A stretch of DNA of 64,000 bases from an uncultured Gemmatimonadales bacterium (GTDB lineage Bacteria; Gemmatimonadota; Gemmatimonadetes; Gemmatimonadales; GWC2-71-9). Positions 19,321 through 29,769 of the stretch are shown in pieces. Within the stretch, counting starts at the first letter, position 1, and the number at the start of each line of letters is the position of its first letter. The notes beneath the pieces were generated by a model that searched no databases, was not told the DNA's origin, and saw nothing but the letters and a program-made list of their open reading frames with translations. The DNA lies in NCBI GenBank assembly GCA_963728915.1, contig CAVSLV010000003.1:160001-224000 (forward strand), given 5' to 3'. Both the position numbers and the translations under genes were made by a program.

Positions 19321-19671
19321 TTACTCGGGTCCCGACCTCTCCTGACGTTCGACCGGTTCGCGCTGAGCTTCGGCCCGTTGCGACAGCATCCGCTCCGCGA
19401 AATCGAGCCGCTCCTGGGTCTCGATCAGCTCCTGGCGGAGCCCGTCCACCTGCGCTTCGATCGAGTCAAGGTGAGCCGGGAGCTCACCGGTTGCCGTGAA
19501 CCTCGGCCGGCTTCGAATCCGCACCGCCCAGAGTCCGAACCCCACCGCCAGGAGGAGATGGATGGTCGGATGAAGCCCCCCTTCCGACCTGGCATACACT
19601 CCGGCCGCAAAGAGGTTGAGTGCGCTGAGCACCACTGCGACCGGGAACCACCCCCGCGACGTGAAGGCCAT
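19321..19671 (-). CDS. Small membrane protein with C-terminal coiled coil (ERLDFAERML)
   Basis: Two TM helices followed by a heptad segment. Confidence 0.65.
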   Translation of the reverse strand: MAFTSRGWFPVAVVLSALNLFAAGVYARSEGGLHPTIHLLLAVGFGLWAVRIRSRPRFTATGELPAHLDSIEAQVDGLRQELIETQERLDFAERMLSQRAEAQREPVERQERSGPE

Positions 19672-19680
19672 CGCCCAAGC

Positions 19681-19959
19681 TTACGCCTCACGCCGTAACG
19701 CGGCCACCCCGCTCCGGGCTCCGAGCCCGGCCCCTAATCCGAACACCGCCACCGTGGTTCCGCTGATCAGGGGAAGCAGGGTGAACGGAGCAGCGACCAG
19801 GAGACCGGCTCCACCGACGAGCCAGGGCACCAGGGAAGACCGCGCCGAGTCCACGAACCGAAGCCGGCGCCGAATGAATCCACGGGCAAATCCGAAAGCG
19901 AGAACACCACTGGTTACGGCAATCGCGATGGCGACAATGTTCCAGAGGGTACTGAACAC
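19681..19959 (-). CDS. Small hypothetical membrane protein
   Basis: AAGGAG SD before GTG; hydrophobic helices. Confidence 0.65.
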   Translation of the reverse strand: MFSTLWNIVAIAIAVTSGVLAFGFARGFIRRRLRFVDSARSSLVPWLVGGAGLLVAAPFTLLPLISGTTVAVFGLGAGLGARSGVAALRREA

Positions 19960-19990
19960 GGGGCCTGCTCCTTGAAGTGATAAGTTTCAA

Positions 19991-20016
19991 TACGAAACAC
20001 CCAGGGCGGGGTTTCA
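19991..20016 (-). promoter_or_regulatory. ECF (SigW-type) promoter TGAAAC-N16-CGTA
   Basis: Minus strand reads TGAAAC cccgccctgggtgttt CGTA, about 30 nt upstream of the GTG at 19959. Confidence 0.7.
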
Positions 20017-20061
20017 GCCCGGCCCTGCCAGCCAGAGTGTACCCGGCCGGCTAGCCGATTC

Positions 20062-21057
20062 CTACCATCGAAGCGCGCAGCTACCCCAGACGAATCCCGA
20101 GCCGAACGCCGTCAGGGCCACCAGATCCCCGGCCTTGAGGCGGCCGGCCCGGGCGCACTCATCGATGGCGATCGGGATCGTCGCGGCAGTGGTGTTTCCG
20201 TAGCGTTGAATGTTGTTGTAGACCTGGTCATCCCGGAGGCCCAGCTCCTTCTGCACCGCCTCCGAAATACGCAGGTTGGCCTGGTGCGGAATGAGGAGCG
20301 CGAGGTCGCCCGGCGAGAGCGAGGCGCGGCTCAGGACGGCCCGCACCGATTCGGGCATCCGCACCACCGCGTGACGGAAGACCTCCCGACCGTCCATCCG
20401 AAGCCAGTACTTCCCTTCGGCCTCTTCCTTGGCCCACTGGTCGGGAGGCACCAGCGCCCCGGGCCCTTCGACCCACAGCTTCTCGGCGTATTGTCCGTCG
20501 CTGTGAAGATCAAACCCGATGATCCCGCGACCGGGGGATTCGGTGGCGCCGAGCACCAGCGCCCCGGCTCCATCGGCGAAGATCACGGCGGTTTGGCGGC
20601 CCTCGGTGGAGAGATCCATGCGAGTAGACTGGATTTCCTGGCCCACCACGAGGATTCGCCGGAACATCCCGGTTCGGAGGTAGGCGTCGGCGAGGGACAG
20701 GGCAAATACGAACCCGGCGCATTGCATCCGGAGATCGATCGCCGGGATGGAAGTGGAGATGCCAAGCTCGCGCTGGAGGTACACCCCGTTCCCCGGAGTG
20801 AAGCGGTCCGGCGTGCTGGTCGCGTAGACGATCGCGTCGAGGTCGGATGGCTTCATGGAGGCGGCGCTGAGGGCTTCCTGGGCGGCCAGCTTGCCGAGGC
20901 CGATCCCGGTTTCCCCCGGGGTGATCCAGTGCCGTTCCTGGATTCCGGTTCTGGTCCGGATCCATTCGTCTGAGGTATCCATGAGCCAGGAGAGGTCGTC
21001 GTTGGTGACGACCCGGCCGGGGAGCGCCTTGCCGGTGCCGAGGACGAGGGAATGCAT
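20062..21057 (-). CDS. fabH: 3-oxoacyl-ACP synthase III
   Basis: DTSDEWIRTRTGI, catalytic QCAGF, PHQAN, YGNT, AFGSG. Confidence 0.9.
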   Translation of the reverse strand: MHSLVLGTGKALPGRVVTNDDLSWLMDTSDEWIRTRTGIQERHWITPGETGIGLGKLAAQEALSAASMKPSDLDAIVYATSTPDRFTPGNGVYLQRELGISTSIPAIDLRMQCAGFVFALSLADAYLRTGMFRRILVVGQEIQSTRMDLSTEGRQTAVIFADGAGALVLGATESPGRGIIGFDLHSDGQYAEKLWVEGPGALVPPDQWAKEEAEGKYWLRMDGREVFRHAVVRMPESVRAVLSRASLSPGDLALLIPHQANLRISEAVQKELGLRDDQVYNNIQRYGNTTAATIPIAIDECARAGRLKAGDLVALTAFGSGFVWGSCALRW

Positions 21058-21064
21058 TCGCTCT

Positions 21065-21093
21065 GGCCCCTAACCCCTGGCCCCTGGCACCTA
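21065..21093. repeat. Heptamer tandem array (CCCCTAA/CCCCTGG)
   Basis: GGCCCCTAACCCCTGGCCCCTGGCACCTA in the short spacer before fabH. Confidence 0.7.
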
Positions 21094-21097
21094 CTTC

Positions 21098-22312
21098 CTA
21101 TTCATATCGCAGCGCGTCGATCGTGTTGAGGCTCGCCGCCCGCCAGGCGGGCCACAGCCCGAAGAACAGGCCTACCAGCGCGCTGAACGCGAACGCCAGT
21201 CCCACCGATTCCGGGGAGATGTAGGTATTCCACTTGGCGAAGTGCGACATCAGCATGGCCCCGCCGGTGCCGGCCAGCACGCCCAGCATGCCCCCGAAGA
21301 GACAGAGCACCAGCGCCTCGATCAGGAACTGGAGCAGCACGTTGGTCTTGGTCGCGCCGAGGGCTTTCCGGATCCCGATTTCCCGGGTCCGCTCGGTGAC
21401 CGAGACCAGCATGATGTTCATGATTCCGATCCCGCCCACGATCAGCGAGACGAACGCGATGCCTCCCAGGAGCAGCTTGAAGGTCTGGGTGGTTTCCTGC
21501 TGGGTGGCCAGAATGTCCTGCTGATTGCGGATCTGGAAGTCGTTGTCGCCGCCGGGCCGGATCTTGTGCTCCCGGCGCAGCACCCGCTCGATGTCCACCA
21601 TCCCCTGCTCGAGGCTGTACTGGTCCTTGACCACCACGGCCACCGAGCGCAGCCGGTCGGTTCCGAACATCCGGTACTGGGCCGTCTTGAGCGGAATCAG
21701 GATCTGCTCGTCCAGATTCTGGAAGCCCCCCTGCGATCCCTTCTCGCTGAGAATGCCGATCACCTCGAAGGGCTGTCCCCGGATCTGGATCATCTGGTGG
21801 ATCATCGCCGCGGGGTTCACATTGAACATCGTGGGCACCGCGGCGCCGAGCACCGCGTACCGTTGCCGGGAGGCGTCGTCGCCGGGGGTGAACATCCTGC
21901 CGAGCGGCATGGTGTAATTCCGCACCTCGGTGTAGTTCGCCGTGGTGCCGATGATGTTGATGTTGAAGTTCCGGTTCCCGTACTTGACCTGGAGCGAGCG
22001 CTGGAGCTCCGGCTCGACCGCCGCGAGCATCGTCGCGTCGCTGGTCAGCGCTTCGGCGTCCTTGACGGTGAGGCTCACCCGGACATCGCTGGCCCGACCC
22101 ATCATGAAGGACTGGCCCGGGTTGATCGTGAGCAGCCGCGCCCCCAGCGCCTGGATCCGTGCTTCCACCGCGCGCTGAGCCCCGGTGCCGAGGGCGACCA
22201 CCGCGATCACCGCCCCCACCCCGATGATGATGCCGAGCATGGTGAGCAGGGCGCGCAGCTTGTGTTCCCGGATGCTGGTAATAGCCACCCGGATGGTTTC
22301 ACCGATCATCAT
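21098..22312 (-). CDS. MacB/FtsX-family ABC permease
   Basis: LTMLGIIIGVG, VGGIGIMNIMLVSVTERTREIGIRKALGA, DALRYE. Confidence 0.93.
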   Translation of the reverse strand: MMIGETIRVAITSIREHKLRALLTMLGIIIGVGAVIAVVALGTGAQRAVEARIQALGARLLTINPGQSFMMGRASDVRVSLTVKDAEALTSDATMLAAVEPELQRSLQVKYGNRNFNINIIGTTANYTEVRNYTMPLGRMFTPGDDASRQRYAVLGAAVPTMFNVNPAAMIHQMIQIRGQPFEVIGILSEKGSQGGFQNLDEQILIPLKTAQYRMFGTDRLRSVAVVVKDQYSLEQGMVDIERVLRREHKIRPGGDNDFQIRNQQDILATQQETTQTFKLLLGGIAFVSLIVGGIGIMNIMLVSVTERTREIGIRKALGATKTNVLLQFLIEALVLCLFGGMLGVLAGTGGAMLMSHFAKWNTYISPESVGLAFAFSALVGLFFGLWPAWRAASLNTIDALRYE

Positions 22313-22325
22313 GGCGCGGTCATCC

Positions 22326-23918
22326 TCATGGCTTTCCGCCGCCCGTGGCGGGGCGCTGCGTCCCGGTGTTGCCGCTGCCCTGAGACATGCCGGGGACCGC
22401 GCCTCCGCCGGTCATCCGAGCGAACCGGTCCTTGGCATCCTGTTGCGATTGCACCAGGCTGGCGCTGGGAAGCACCAGCACCGAATCGCCCTCGGAGAGT
22501 CCGCTCACGACTTCGCTGTAGTCCAGGTCGGTGAGCCCGGTGTGGACGTAGCGCGGGGTCGGCTCTCCCTTGTTCGGCAGGAACACGATGTAATCGCCCC
22601 CGAACTGGAACTCGTTCCCCTGCCGCCGGCCGCTCATTCCACCGCCACCGAACCCGCCCCCGCCCTGGCCGCGACCGCCTCCCTGTCCCCCGCCCATGGC
22701 GCCGGACGCGCGGAGCTTGTTCATCACTTCCTGGTCGGCCGGGGTGAGCTGCTCCTGATTTCGGAACTTCGCGAACACCGCCTCGACCTGCTTGCCGGTC
22801 ACCCCTTCGGGAAGCGGGATCTCGCGCCCGTTCGGCATGGTATAGACGTTCCCCGCGGGTTTGGGCGCCGCCGCGGTCGAGTCCTTCTTCCTGGCCGAAT
22901 CCGCCCCCGTGGTGGCCGCCAGCCGGCTCCGCAGGGAGTCCCGCTGCGCCTGGGCCTGGGCCAGGAGGGTCTGGAGGCGCTCATCGGAGATCCCCATCAC
23001 CTGCGCCGCGCTGCCGACGTCCCGGGTGGTCCGGAGCGCCGCGTTAGGAATCGCCAGCACGTTGTCCCGGCGCCCGATATGAATCTCCACATCGGCATTC
23101 ATGCCCGGCTTGAGCAAGCCGGCCTGGTTCTGAATCCGGATCAGCACCGGGAACATGGTGACGTTCTGCGACGTCTCCGCCTGAGGCTCGATCTTGAGGA
23201 CCTCGCCCTGGAACGGCTGGTTGGGATAGGCGTTGACGGTCACCGTGGTGCGGAGTCCGGGGCTGATCTTGCCGATGTCGGTCTCATCGACCAGGGTGCG
23301 GACCTGCACCAGGTTCAAGTCGGCCATCATGAGCAGGACGGTGCCGCCCCCCACGTCCGAGGTCGGTGAGGAGATCACCTGGCCCCGCTCCACGCTCTTC
23401 TGGATGATCGTGCCGCTGATCGGAGCCAGCACCTCGGTGTCCTCCATGGCGATCTTGGCGTTCTCCAGCGCGACCTCGGCGGACACCACCGCGGCCTTCT
23501 CGTTGGAGACCGCGAGCACCGCGGTCTCGTGCTCTTCCTGGGAGATCGACTGCGATTTGAACAGCTCGTCGGCGCGAGCCCGCTGCGCCTCGGCGTTCAC
23601 CAGCCGCGCCTTGGCGACTTCGAGGTCGGCCTCGGCCTGGTTGAGATGGTTTCGCGGGATCCGCTGGTCCACCCGGACGAGCAGGGTGCCCCGGTCCACG
23701 GTCTGCCCCGTCTCCGCCCGCATGTCGAGGATCTCACCGGAGGCCTTGGACTTCACCTCGACCACGGTGTCGGGCTGCACCACGCCGGTGGCCCGGGCGG
23801 AGACCACGATGGTGCGATGCTCGACCGGCACTGCCTGGTAGAGCACCTGCTTGGGTTTCTCCTTGCAGGCAATGACCGCCAGGCCGATCAGGACAGGAAC
23901 CAATCTGAACTTCCGCAT
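22326..23918 (-). CDS. MacA-like periplasmic adaptor (lipoprotein)
   Basis: Lipobox VIAC; VEVKSKASG, APISG, VDETDIG, LKPGMNA; Gly-rich insert. Confidence 0.9.
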   Translation of the reverse strand: MRKFRLVPVLIGLAVIACKEKPKQVLYQAVPVEHRTIVVSARATGVVQPDTVVEVKSKASGEILDMRAETGQTVDRGTLLVRVDQRIPRNHLNQAEADLEVAKARLVNAEAQRARADELFKSQSISQEEHETAVLAVSNEKAAVVSAEVALENAKIAMEDTEVLAPISGTIIQKSVERGQVISSPTSDVGGGTVLLMMADLNLVQVRTLVDETDIGKISPGLRTTVTVNAYPNQPFQGEVLKIEPQAETSQNVTMFPVLIRIQNQAGLLKPGMNADVEIHIGRRDNVLAIPNAALRTTRDVGSAAQVMGISDERLQTLLAQAQAQRDSLRSRLAATTGADSARKKDSTAAAPKPAGNVYTMPNGREIPLPEGVTGKQVEAVFAKFRNQEQLTPADQEVMNKLRASGAMGGGQGGGRGQGGGGFGGGGMSGRRQGNEFQFGGDYIVFLPNKGEPTPRYVHTGLTDLDYSEVVSGLSEGDSVLVLPSASLVQSQQDAKDRFARMTGGGAVPGMSQGSGNTGTQRPATGGGKP

Positions 23919-24670
23919 CAGGACCCTCGTGGAGTGGTGACATCGTGCTCGACCCGTCCGTCCCGCAGGTGAACCTGCCGGTGGGCGTGCGCCGCGATGT
24001 CGTGTTCGTGAGTAACGAGGATGATCGTCTGCCCTTCCTTGTGGAGCCGGTCGAACAGGGCCAGGATCTCCTCACTGGTCTTCGAATCGAGATTGCCGGT
24101 GGGCTCGTCGGCCAGGATGATGCTGGGGTGATTCACCAGGGCCCGCGCAATCGCCACCCGCTGGCGCTGTCCTCCCGAAAGCTCGTTCGGGCGGTGGGTC
24201 ATCCGGTCCCCGAGGCCGACCCGCTCCAGCGCTTCGGCGGCCGCCTTGCGGCGATCCTTGGCGCCGACCCCTCCATAGATCATCGGCAGCTCCACATTCT
24301 GGAGCGCGCTGGCCCGGGGCAGCAGGTTGAAGGTCTGGAACACGAACCCGATTTCCTTGTTGCGAATCCGGGCCAGCTCGTCGTCGCCCAGCTCGGAGAC
24401 CCGGTGCCCGTTCAGCCAGTACTCGCCCTCGGTGGGCGAATCGAGGCAGCCGATCAGGTTCATCAGGGTCGACTTGCCCGAGCCGGACGGGCCCATGATC
24501 GCGACGAATTCATTGCGCCGGATCGTGAGGTCCACGCCCCGGAGAGCCCGCACCACCTCGGCTCCCATGTGGTATTCCCGTTTCAGGTTGCGCACGACGA
24601 TGACCGCATCCCGGGGAACATCCGCGGGGAGCAGGGCCATCCGTTCGGCGGTGGTCGAGATCGCGGTCAT
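23918..24670 (-). CDS. ABC transporter ATP-binding protein (MacB/LolD-like)
   Basis: [29 protein letters not shown]. Confidence 0.95.
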   Translation of the reverse strand: MTAISTTAERMALLPADVPRDAVIVVRNLKREYHMGAEVVRALRGVDLTIRRNEFVAIMGPSGSGKSTLMNLIGCLDSPTEGEYWLNGHRVSELGDDELARIRNKEIGFVFQTFNLLPRASALQNVELPMIYGGVGAKDRRKAAAEALERVGLGDRMTHRPNELSGGQRQRVAIARALVNHPSIILADEPTGNLDSKTSEEILALFDRLHKEGQTIILVTHEHDIAAHAHRQVHLRDGRVEHDVTTPRGS

Positions 24671-26019
24671 AGCGGCCTTCCGATGAGGGCGGAAAGTTCG
24701 GCTCGCGCCCGGACATAGTCGAACCGCGCGGTCACCGCGTCGACTTCGGCCTGATCCAGCGCTTCCTGGGAGGTGAGCACGTCCACGATGGTGGAGGCGC
24801 CGAGGCGGAATCGCTCCTGCTGAACCCGGAGATCCTCACGGCCGGCCTGCACGCTGGTCTGGGTGATGCCGATCCTGAGCCGAGCCGCCTCGAGCGAGGC
24901 CAGCGACGAGGTCACGTCGGAAAGCACCTGGCGGCGGGCCTCGGCCGCGGTGGCGTCGGCGGTTTCGGCCGTGGACACGGCCGAAGCGATCGACTGCTCC
25001 CGCTGGAACCGGTTGAAGATCGGCCAGCTGAGCGCGAGGTTGAGCTGCCGCTGCTGGAGAAAGTTGTAGTCGTTCTGCCGGCTGCCATTCAGCGACAACG
25101 AGGTCGAGAGGCTCAGGGTCGGGAAATAGGCCGCCTTGGCGACCCCGACCGACATGCGGGACGATCGCGCGGAGGCTTCCGCCGCAATCACCGAGGGCGC
25201 CTTGGCGAGGGCCTCGGTACGGATCGCATTGGTGTCCACCGTGCTCATCACCTGATACAGGGTGGTATCGTCGACCGCGCCCATCGGTCCGTCCGCGCCG
25301 ACCAGGCGCCCCAGGTTGGCCTGGGCGACCGAGAGGCTGGTCTGCGCCTCGAGGAGCTGGAGCTGGGCATTCCCGAGGGTCACCAGCGAACGGAGCGAAT
25401 CAGACCGGATACCCCGGCCGGCATGGAGCAGGGCCACCGAAACATTGAGCTGTTCCTGGGCGCGGCGCACGCTGGCCTGTCGCACGCTGAGGAGCTGCTC
25501 CGCGGCCAGCACATCGTAATAGGCGTTGGTCGTGGTCAGCTGCTGGCTGAACTGCGCGTTCACCAGCCCGGCTTCCGCCGCGTTCTCGTTGGCATTCGCC
25601 GCCTTGCGCTCGCTGGTGCGGCGGAACCCGGCGAACAGATCGATACTCGAGCTCACGCTGCTGTTGACGCTGCGGTTGGTGCTGCCACTGGTGACGATCT
25701 GGCCGGTGCTGGGATCGACCCGGGCGCCCTGCGAGTAGAAGTCGCCGATCGAGCCGTTGAGGCTCAAGCTGGGGAGAAACGCGCCCAGCGAGGAGCGCTT
25801 GCGAGCCTCCGCGTTGCGGACCGAGCCGAACGCGGACACGACGCTCGGTTGTACCTGGTTGGCCTTGGCGATCGCCTCGGCGAGCGTGATCCGGGGCACG
25901 CCCGGCGTCGGCGCCGTCCGGGTGCTATCCGGAGTCTGCGCGGCTGCTCGGCCAATCGACCCGCCCAGGCCGAGCGACAGCAGGAGAACGGCCGCGTTAC
26001 GGCCTGGACTGCGGGGCAT
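24667..26019 (-). CDS. TolC-family outer-membrane efflux protein
   Basis: Two OEP repeats (FLPSLSL, YFPTLSL); signal peptide. Start may be 26040. Confidence 0.88.
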   Translation of the reverse strand: MPRSPGRNAAVLLLSLGLGGSIGRAAAQTPDSTRTAPTPGVPRITLAEAIAKANQVQPSVVSAFGSVRNAEARKRSSLGAFLPSLSLNGSIGDFYSQGARVDPSTGQIVTSGSTNRSVNSSVSSSIDLFAGFRRTSERKAANANENAAEAGLVNAQFSQQLTTTNAYYDVLAAEQLLSVRQASVRRAQEQLNVSVALLHAGRGIRSDSLRSLVTLGNAQLQLLEAQTSLSVAQANLGRLVGADGPMGAVDDTTLYQVMSTVDTNAIRTEALAKAPSVIAAEASARSSRMSVGVAKAAYFPTLSLSTSLSLNGSRQNDYNFLQQRQLNLALSWPIFNRFQREQSIASAVSTAETADATAAEARRQVLSDVTSSLASLEAARLRIGITQTSVQAGREDLRVQQERFRLGASTIVDVLTSQEALDQAEVDAVTARFDYVRARAELSALIGRPL

Positions 26020-26410
26020 TGCGATTCCTTTCCGGTCCATTCGCTCTTCGAATGCTGTCCTGGCGCTGGATGATGGCGTTGTACTTCGCCTGCTGCTCCG
26101 CGGTCAGCACCGCAAACAGTTCCTGGCGAACAGTCACCCGTTCCGTTTCCATCTGGGGGAACTGCTGGCGCACCTCCGCCCAGATCGAATCCATGGTCGG
26201 TTGATGCCGGTCCAGGATCGCCTGGATCCGGTCCTTCTGGTCCTGGCTCAAGCCCAGGTCCTGGGAGAGCCGCTCGACGTAGGTCGGGCGGGGACGCCGG
26301 ACCTGGCGGGCCCTGCCCTCGACGAAGCCGGTCAGCGATCCGCCGAGCAGCCCGCCCAGCACGAACGTGGCGACCAGCATCGCGACGGCTCCGAGGCGCG
26401 ACTTGGTCAT
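25997..26410 (-). CDS. Periplasmic Spy/CpxP-like helical protein
   Basis: TM anchor; LGLSQDQ and VLTAEQQAKY (LTxxQ motifs). Confidence 0.65.
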   Translation of the reverse strand: MTKSRLGAVAMLVATFVLGGLLGGSLTGFVEGRARQVRRPRPTYVERLSQDLGLSQDQKDRIQAILDRHQPTMDSIWAEVRQQFPQMETERVTVRQELFAVLTAEQQAKYNAIIQRQDSIRRANGPERNRNAPQSRP

Positions 26411-26751
26411 CGGCGTTCCATCAGGGCCGACAGGATCTCGTCGACCTTGGGCGGCTGGGACGAGAGCACGGTATGGGTGGGAAGCGAAGCCACCATGACC
26501 CCGCTGTCCGCGGCGGGGCCCGACGCCAGCCAGCCGCCGAACCAGAGCAGCAGCGCCGCCGCGATAGCCGCCGCCATAACCCGCGGCCGCGCCCAGCCCG
26601 CCAGAATGTCCCACTGGGTTCCCGGTCCGGCGCCCGCCAGGGCGTGACGGAGCCGGCGGAGAAACGCCTCCGGCTCGGGCCCGGTCAGCTCGGCACGGAG
26701 CGCCTGTCCCAGCATCTCATCCTGCTGATTGTCGAATGGCGATTGCGTCAT
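26407..26751 (-). CDS. Putative membrane anti-sigma factor
   Basis: Single TM; coupled to the ECF sigma by an ATGA overlap. Confidence 0.6.
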   Translation of the reverse strand: MTQSPFDNQQDEMLGQALRAELTGPEPEAFLRRLRHALAGAGPGTQWDILAGWARPRVMAAAIAAALLLWFGGWLASGPAADSGVMVASLPTHTVLSSQPPKVDEILSALMERR

Positions 26752-27290
26752 TTCATTCCCTCCGCCAAAGTCCCCAGCGCACGGCGCATCGCCCGGCGCG
26801 CGTGAAAGACATAGGATCGGACCGTTCCTTCCGGCACCCCCAGCGCTTCCGCGATCTCGGCATGGCCCCACCCTTCCGCATCGAACAACACCAACGCGAT
26901 CCGCTGCCGCTCGGGCAACGTCGCCAGGCCGGCCCGGAGCTTTTCCCGGAGCAGCGCGGCTTCGGCCCGGCGATCGGGACTCAGACCGCCCGATTCCAGC
27001 GAGTCCACGATCGGCTCGGCCTGTCGCACCCGGCTCCGGCGCCGCGAGTCGAGCGCCGCATTCACCACGATGCGCATGAGCCAGGGGCGGAACGGCCGGG
27101 CGGGGTCATAGCGATCGATGGCCCGCCACGCGGCGAGCACGCCTTCCTGGACCGCGTCATCCGCATCGTCGTCATCGCGGAGGATCGCCCGCGCGGCCCG
27201 CCGCGCTGCCAAGCCGTACCGTTCCACCAATGCTCCAAAGGCGTCCGAATCACCTCGCGCGGCCTTCCGGGCGAGCTCGGCGTCTTCCAC
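26748..27290 (-). CDS. ECF sigma-70 factor
   Basis: DADDAVQE, PFRPWLMRIVVN, HAEIAEALGVPEGTVRS. Confidence 0.92.
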   Translation of the reverse strand: MEDAELARKAARGDSDAFGALVERYGLAARRAARAILRDDDDADDAVQEGVLAAWRAIDRYDPARPFRPWLMRIVVNAALDSRRRSRVRQAEPIVDSLESGGLSPDRRAEAALLREKLRAGLATLPERQRIALVLFDAEGWGHAEIAEALGVPEGTVRSYVFHARRAMRRALGTLAEGMK

Positions 27291-27298
27291 GTCCGAAA

Positions 27299-27325
27299 TA
27301 CGCAGGGGACTCTCCAAGCGTTGAA
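27299..27325 (-). promoter_or_regulatory. Putative autoregulatory ECF promoter TTCAAC-N17-CGTA
   Basis: AAC and CGT core elements end 8 nt before the sigma GTG. Confidence 0.45.
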
Positions 27326-27358
27326 ACCGTTGTGGAACCGTAACGTGGCCGGTTGCAG

Positions 27359-28750
27359 TCAGTTGCGTTCCGTCCTCCACGACTCCAGCCAGGAGGACAA
27401 CGAGAGCCACAGGGCCAGGGCACCGAATGCTATCGCCATGGGCTTGGAGGCGACCAGGAATAGGATGCCCAGAACGGCGAGAGCGATGCTGGATTGCAGC
27501 AGAATCGAACGGCGCGCCCCGGCCACCACGACCCACATCGCCGTCACCGCGCGGCGGCGCCGCTCCCGCAACCCGGGATGGTGACGCTCCCGTTCCAGCG
27601 ATTCGGGATGGACCGCCGCCAGCCGGCGACTCTTTCGGCTTCCCGGGGGCCGCAGCAGGATTTCGACGCTCTCTTCGATGTCCCGCCGGTATCTCGCCTC
27701 CATGGCCAGCCCGAGTCTGGGGTCGTCGGTCAGCACGTCGAGCTCGTAATTGGCGAGCAGGCTCGAGAGGTTGAGATTGGTCGAGCCGATCCGCACCCAG
27801 CGGCCGTCGGTGACCAGGGTCTTGGCGTGCAGCATCGGCCCGCGCCATTCGAAGATCCGGACTCCCGCACGCAGCAGGTCGCGATAGCCGATGCGGGTCA
27901 GGTTCTGGAGATGGGTGAGATCGCTGGTCCCCGGCACCAGGAGCCGCACATCGAGGCCGGCCCGGGCCGCATCCATCAAGCCCTGGTAGATCTCGCGCGG
28001 GGCAATCAGATAGGCGTCGGTGATCCAGATCCGGTCCTCCGCTCCGTCGAGCAGAAGCGAGCTGACCCGCGAGGCACGGACGCTGCCCGGCTCGCCCGCC
28101 ATGATGCGCACTTCGGCGTCGCCCAGGACCGGAGCGTCGGAAGCGAGCTCGGAGGAAGGCAGCGACTCGCCGATGGCCGACCAGAGACGGGCGAAGGCCT
28201 GGTCGGCGGCGAGGGCCGCGGGACCGTCAATCGCGCAGGCGGTCTCCCGCCACGGCTGCCGATTCTTGGCCGGGTTTCCGGCCCACTCGTTGCCGATGCA
28301 ATGACCCCCGATGATCGTGGTCGCGCCGTCGATCACCAGGACCTTGCGATGATCCCGGACCAGGTTGCGGCGGATCCGCAGAATATTCGGGGGATTGAAG
28401 AGGCGGACCTCCACACCGGCCTTGCGCAGGCGGCGCCAGATCCGCGGCCTGGTGGTGAAGGAACCCAGCCAATCGGTGACCAGCCGGACGGGGACCCCGG
28501 CGTGGGCCCGCTCGATCAGCGCTTCGACGAACCGGCGCCCGGTTTCGTCGCCGTGGAAGATGTAGCTGTCGAAGTGGATCCATCGCCGCGCCGCGGCGAT
28601 CCGTTCCAGCATCGCGGGGAAGATTTCGGGACCGTCGAACAACAGAGCGACCCGGTTCCCCGGGATGGCGCGGCCACCGGTGGCCCGGTCCAGGGCCCGA
28701 TCCACCACCCCGGGAAGCGGTTCATGGGCCGCTTCGGGAAGCGGGTTCAC
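27359..28750 (-). CDS. Cardiolipin synthase-like phospholipase D
   Basis: Two HKD motifs (HRKVLVID, HAKTLVTD); GTGA overlap with the upstream gene. Confidence 0.88.
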   Translation of the reverse strand: MNPLPEAAHEPLPGVVDRALDRATGGRAIPGNRVALLFDGPEIFPAMLERIAAARRWIHFDSYIFHGDETGRRFVEALIERAHAGVPVRLVTDWLGSFTTRPRIWRRLRKAGVEVRLFNPPNILRIRRNLVRDHRKVLVIDGATTIIGGHCIGNEWAGNPAKNRQPWRETACAIDGPAALAADQAFARLWSAIGESLPSSELASDAPVLGDAEVRIMAGEPGSVRASRVSSLLLDGAEDRIWITDAYLIAPREIYQGLMDAARAGLDVRLLVPGTSDLTHLQNLTRIGYRDLLRAGVRIFEWRGPMLHAKTLVTDGRWVRIGSTNLNLSSLLANYELDVLTDDPRLGLAMEARYRRDIEESVEILLRPPGSRKSRRLAAVHPESLERERHHPGLRERRRRAVTAMWVVVAGARRSILLQSSIALAVLGILFLVASKPMAIAFGALALWLSLSSWLESWRTERN

Positions 28751-29322
28751 ACCGGGCCGAGCCCCAGGATGCGCTCGTGAGGACGGAGCGCCTGGAGCAC
28801 GAAGCCGATCAGCTCGTCGAGGGGGATGCCCAGCTGGTCCGCCCCGGTAGTGACGTCCTCCCGGCTCACCCCGCGGGCGAACCCCTTGTCCTTGAGCTTT
28901 TTCCGGACGCTGGGGACCTCGAGGTCCTGGAGGCTCCTCGACGGCCGCACCAGGGCGCAGGCGACCAGAAACCCGGAAAGCTCGTCGACGCCGAACAGCG
29001 CCCGCGCCAACGGCGTGGTGCGGGGAACCCCGGTGTAGGCGGCGTGCCCGAGGATGGCCTGACACGCATCGTCGGGAAGGCCTCGCGCCGCGAGGATCCC
29101 GACCCCCTCGGTGGGATGCTCCCGGTCGGGCGCCCGGTCCGGGTTAGGGAATCGCTCGTAGTCGAAGTCGTGCACCAGGCCGACCACTCCCCAGAGCTCC
29201 GGATCGCCGCCCAGCCGTTCCGCCATCGCCCGCATGGCGATCTCGACCGCGTACATGTGCTTCCGCAGGGCGTCGGACGCGGTGTACTCGTGCATGAGCG
29301 CGAGGGCCTCGGCGCGGTCCAT
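28747..29322 (-). CDS. HD/HDIG-domain metal-dependent hydrolase
   Basis: RKH, GLVHDFD, EHP, ILGH, DELSG. Confidence 0.88.
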   Translation of the reverse strand: MDRAEALALMHEYTASDALRKHMYAVEIAMRAMAERLGGDPELWGVVGLVHDFDYERFPNPDRAPDREHPTEGVGILAARGLPDDACQAILGHAAYTGVPRTTPLARALFGVDELSGFLVACALVRPSRSLQDLEVPSVRKKLKDKGFARGVSREDVTTGADQLGIPLDELIGFVLQALRPHERILGLGPV

Positions 29323-29324
29323 GG

Positions 29325-29738
29325 CTAGTGCTGCACCATCCCTTCGCCGGGCAGCTGCGAAGCCGACAGGGGGACCCGGACCGAATCCCCCCCGTTCATG
29401 GTGATGTCGAACCAGTAGGTGCCCGGATGGGGAAGCGGGACGTCGAACACCAGCACCGCGCCCGCTTCGATCTCGGTGACGCCCGCGGGAGGCTCGCCGA
29501 ACTGCACCGTGCCCTCGCCCCCGAGCAGCTCGTGATCCTCCTGGTCCACGAACCGGATCCGGATCGGGTGCTGGCCGATTTCGGTGCGCTTGCCCCGGAC
29601 CCGGAGCACCAGATGCGTCCGGGGATGCACCGCGGGGAAGGCCCCGACCCAGACGTGCTGGAAGATGCCGAGCACCGACAGCTTGCCATGCTGATCGATG
29701 AGGGCGTAGTCGGCGAGGACGGCGAAATCGACGTGCAT
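29325..29738 (-). CDS. Hypothetical beta-sandwich protein (DUF6941-like)
   Basis: LADYA...GKLSVLGIF and PGTY motifs. Confidence 0.7.
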   Translation of the reverse strand: MHVDFAVLADYALIDQHGKLSVLGIFQHVWVGAFPAVHPRTHLVLRVRGKRTEIGQHPIRIRFVDQEDHELLGGEGTVQFGEPPAGVTEIEAGAVLVFDVPLPHPGTYWFDITMNGGDSVRVPLSASQLPGEGMVQH

Positions 29739-29769
29739 TTCAGACGGTCAGAGTGGCTGGGGGCGGCGC

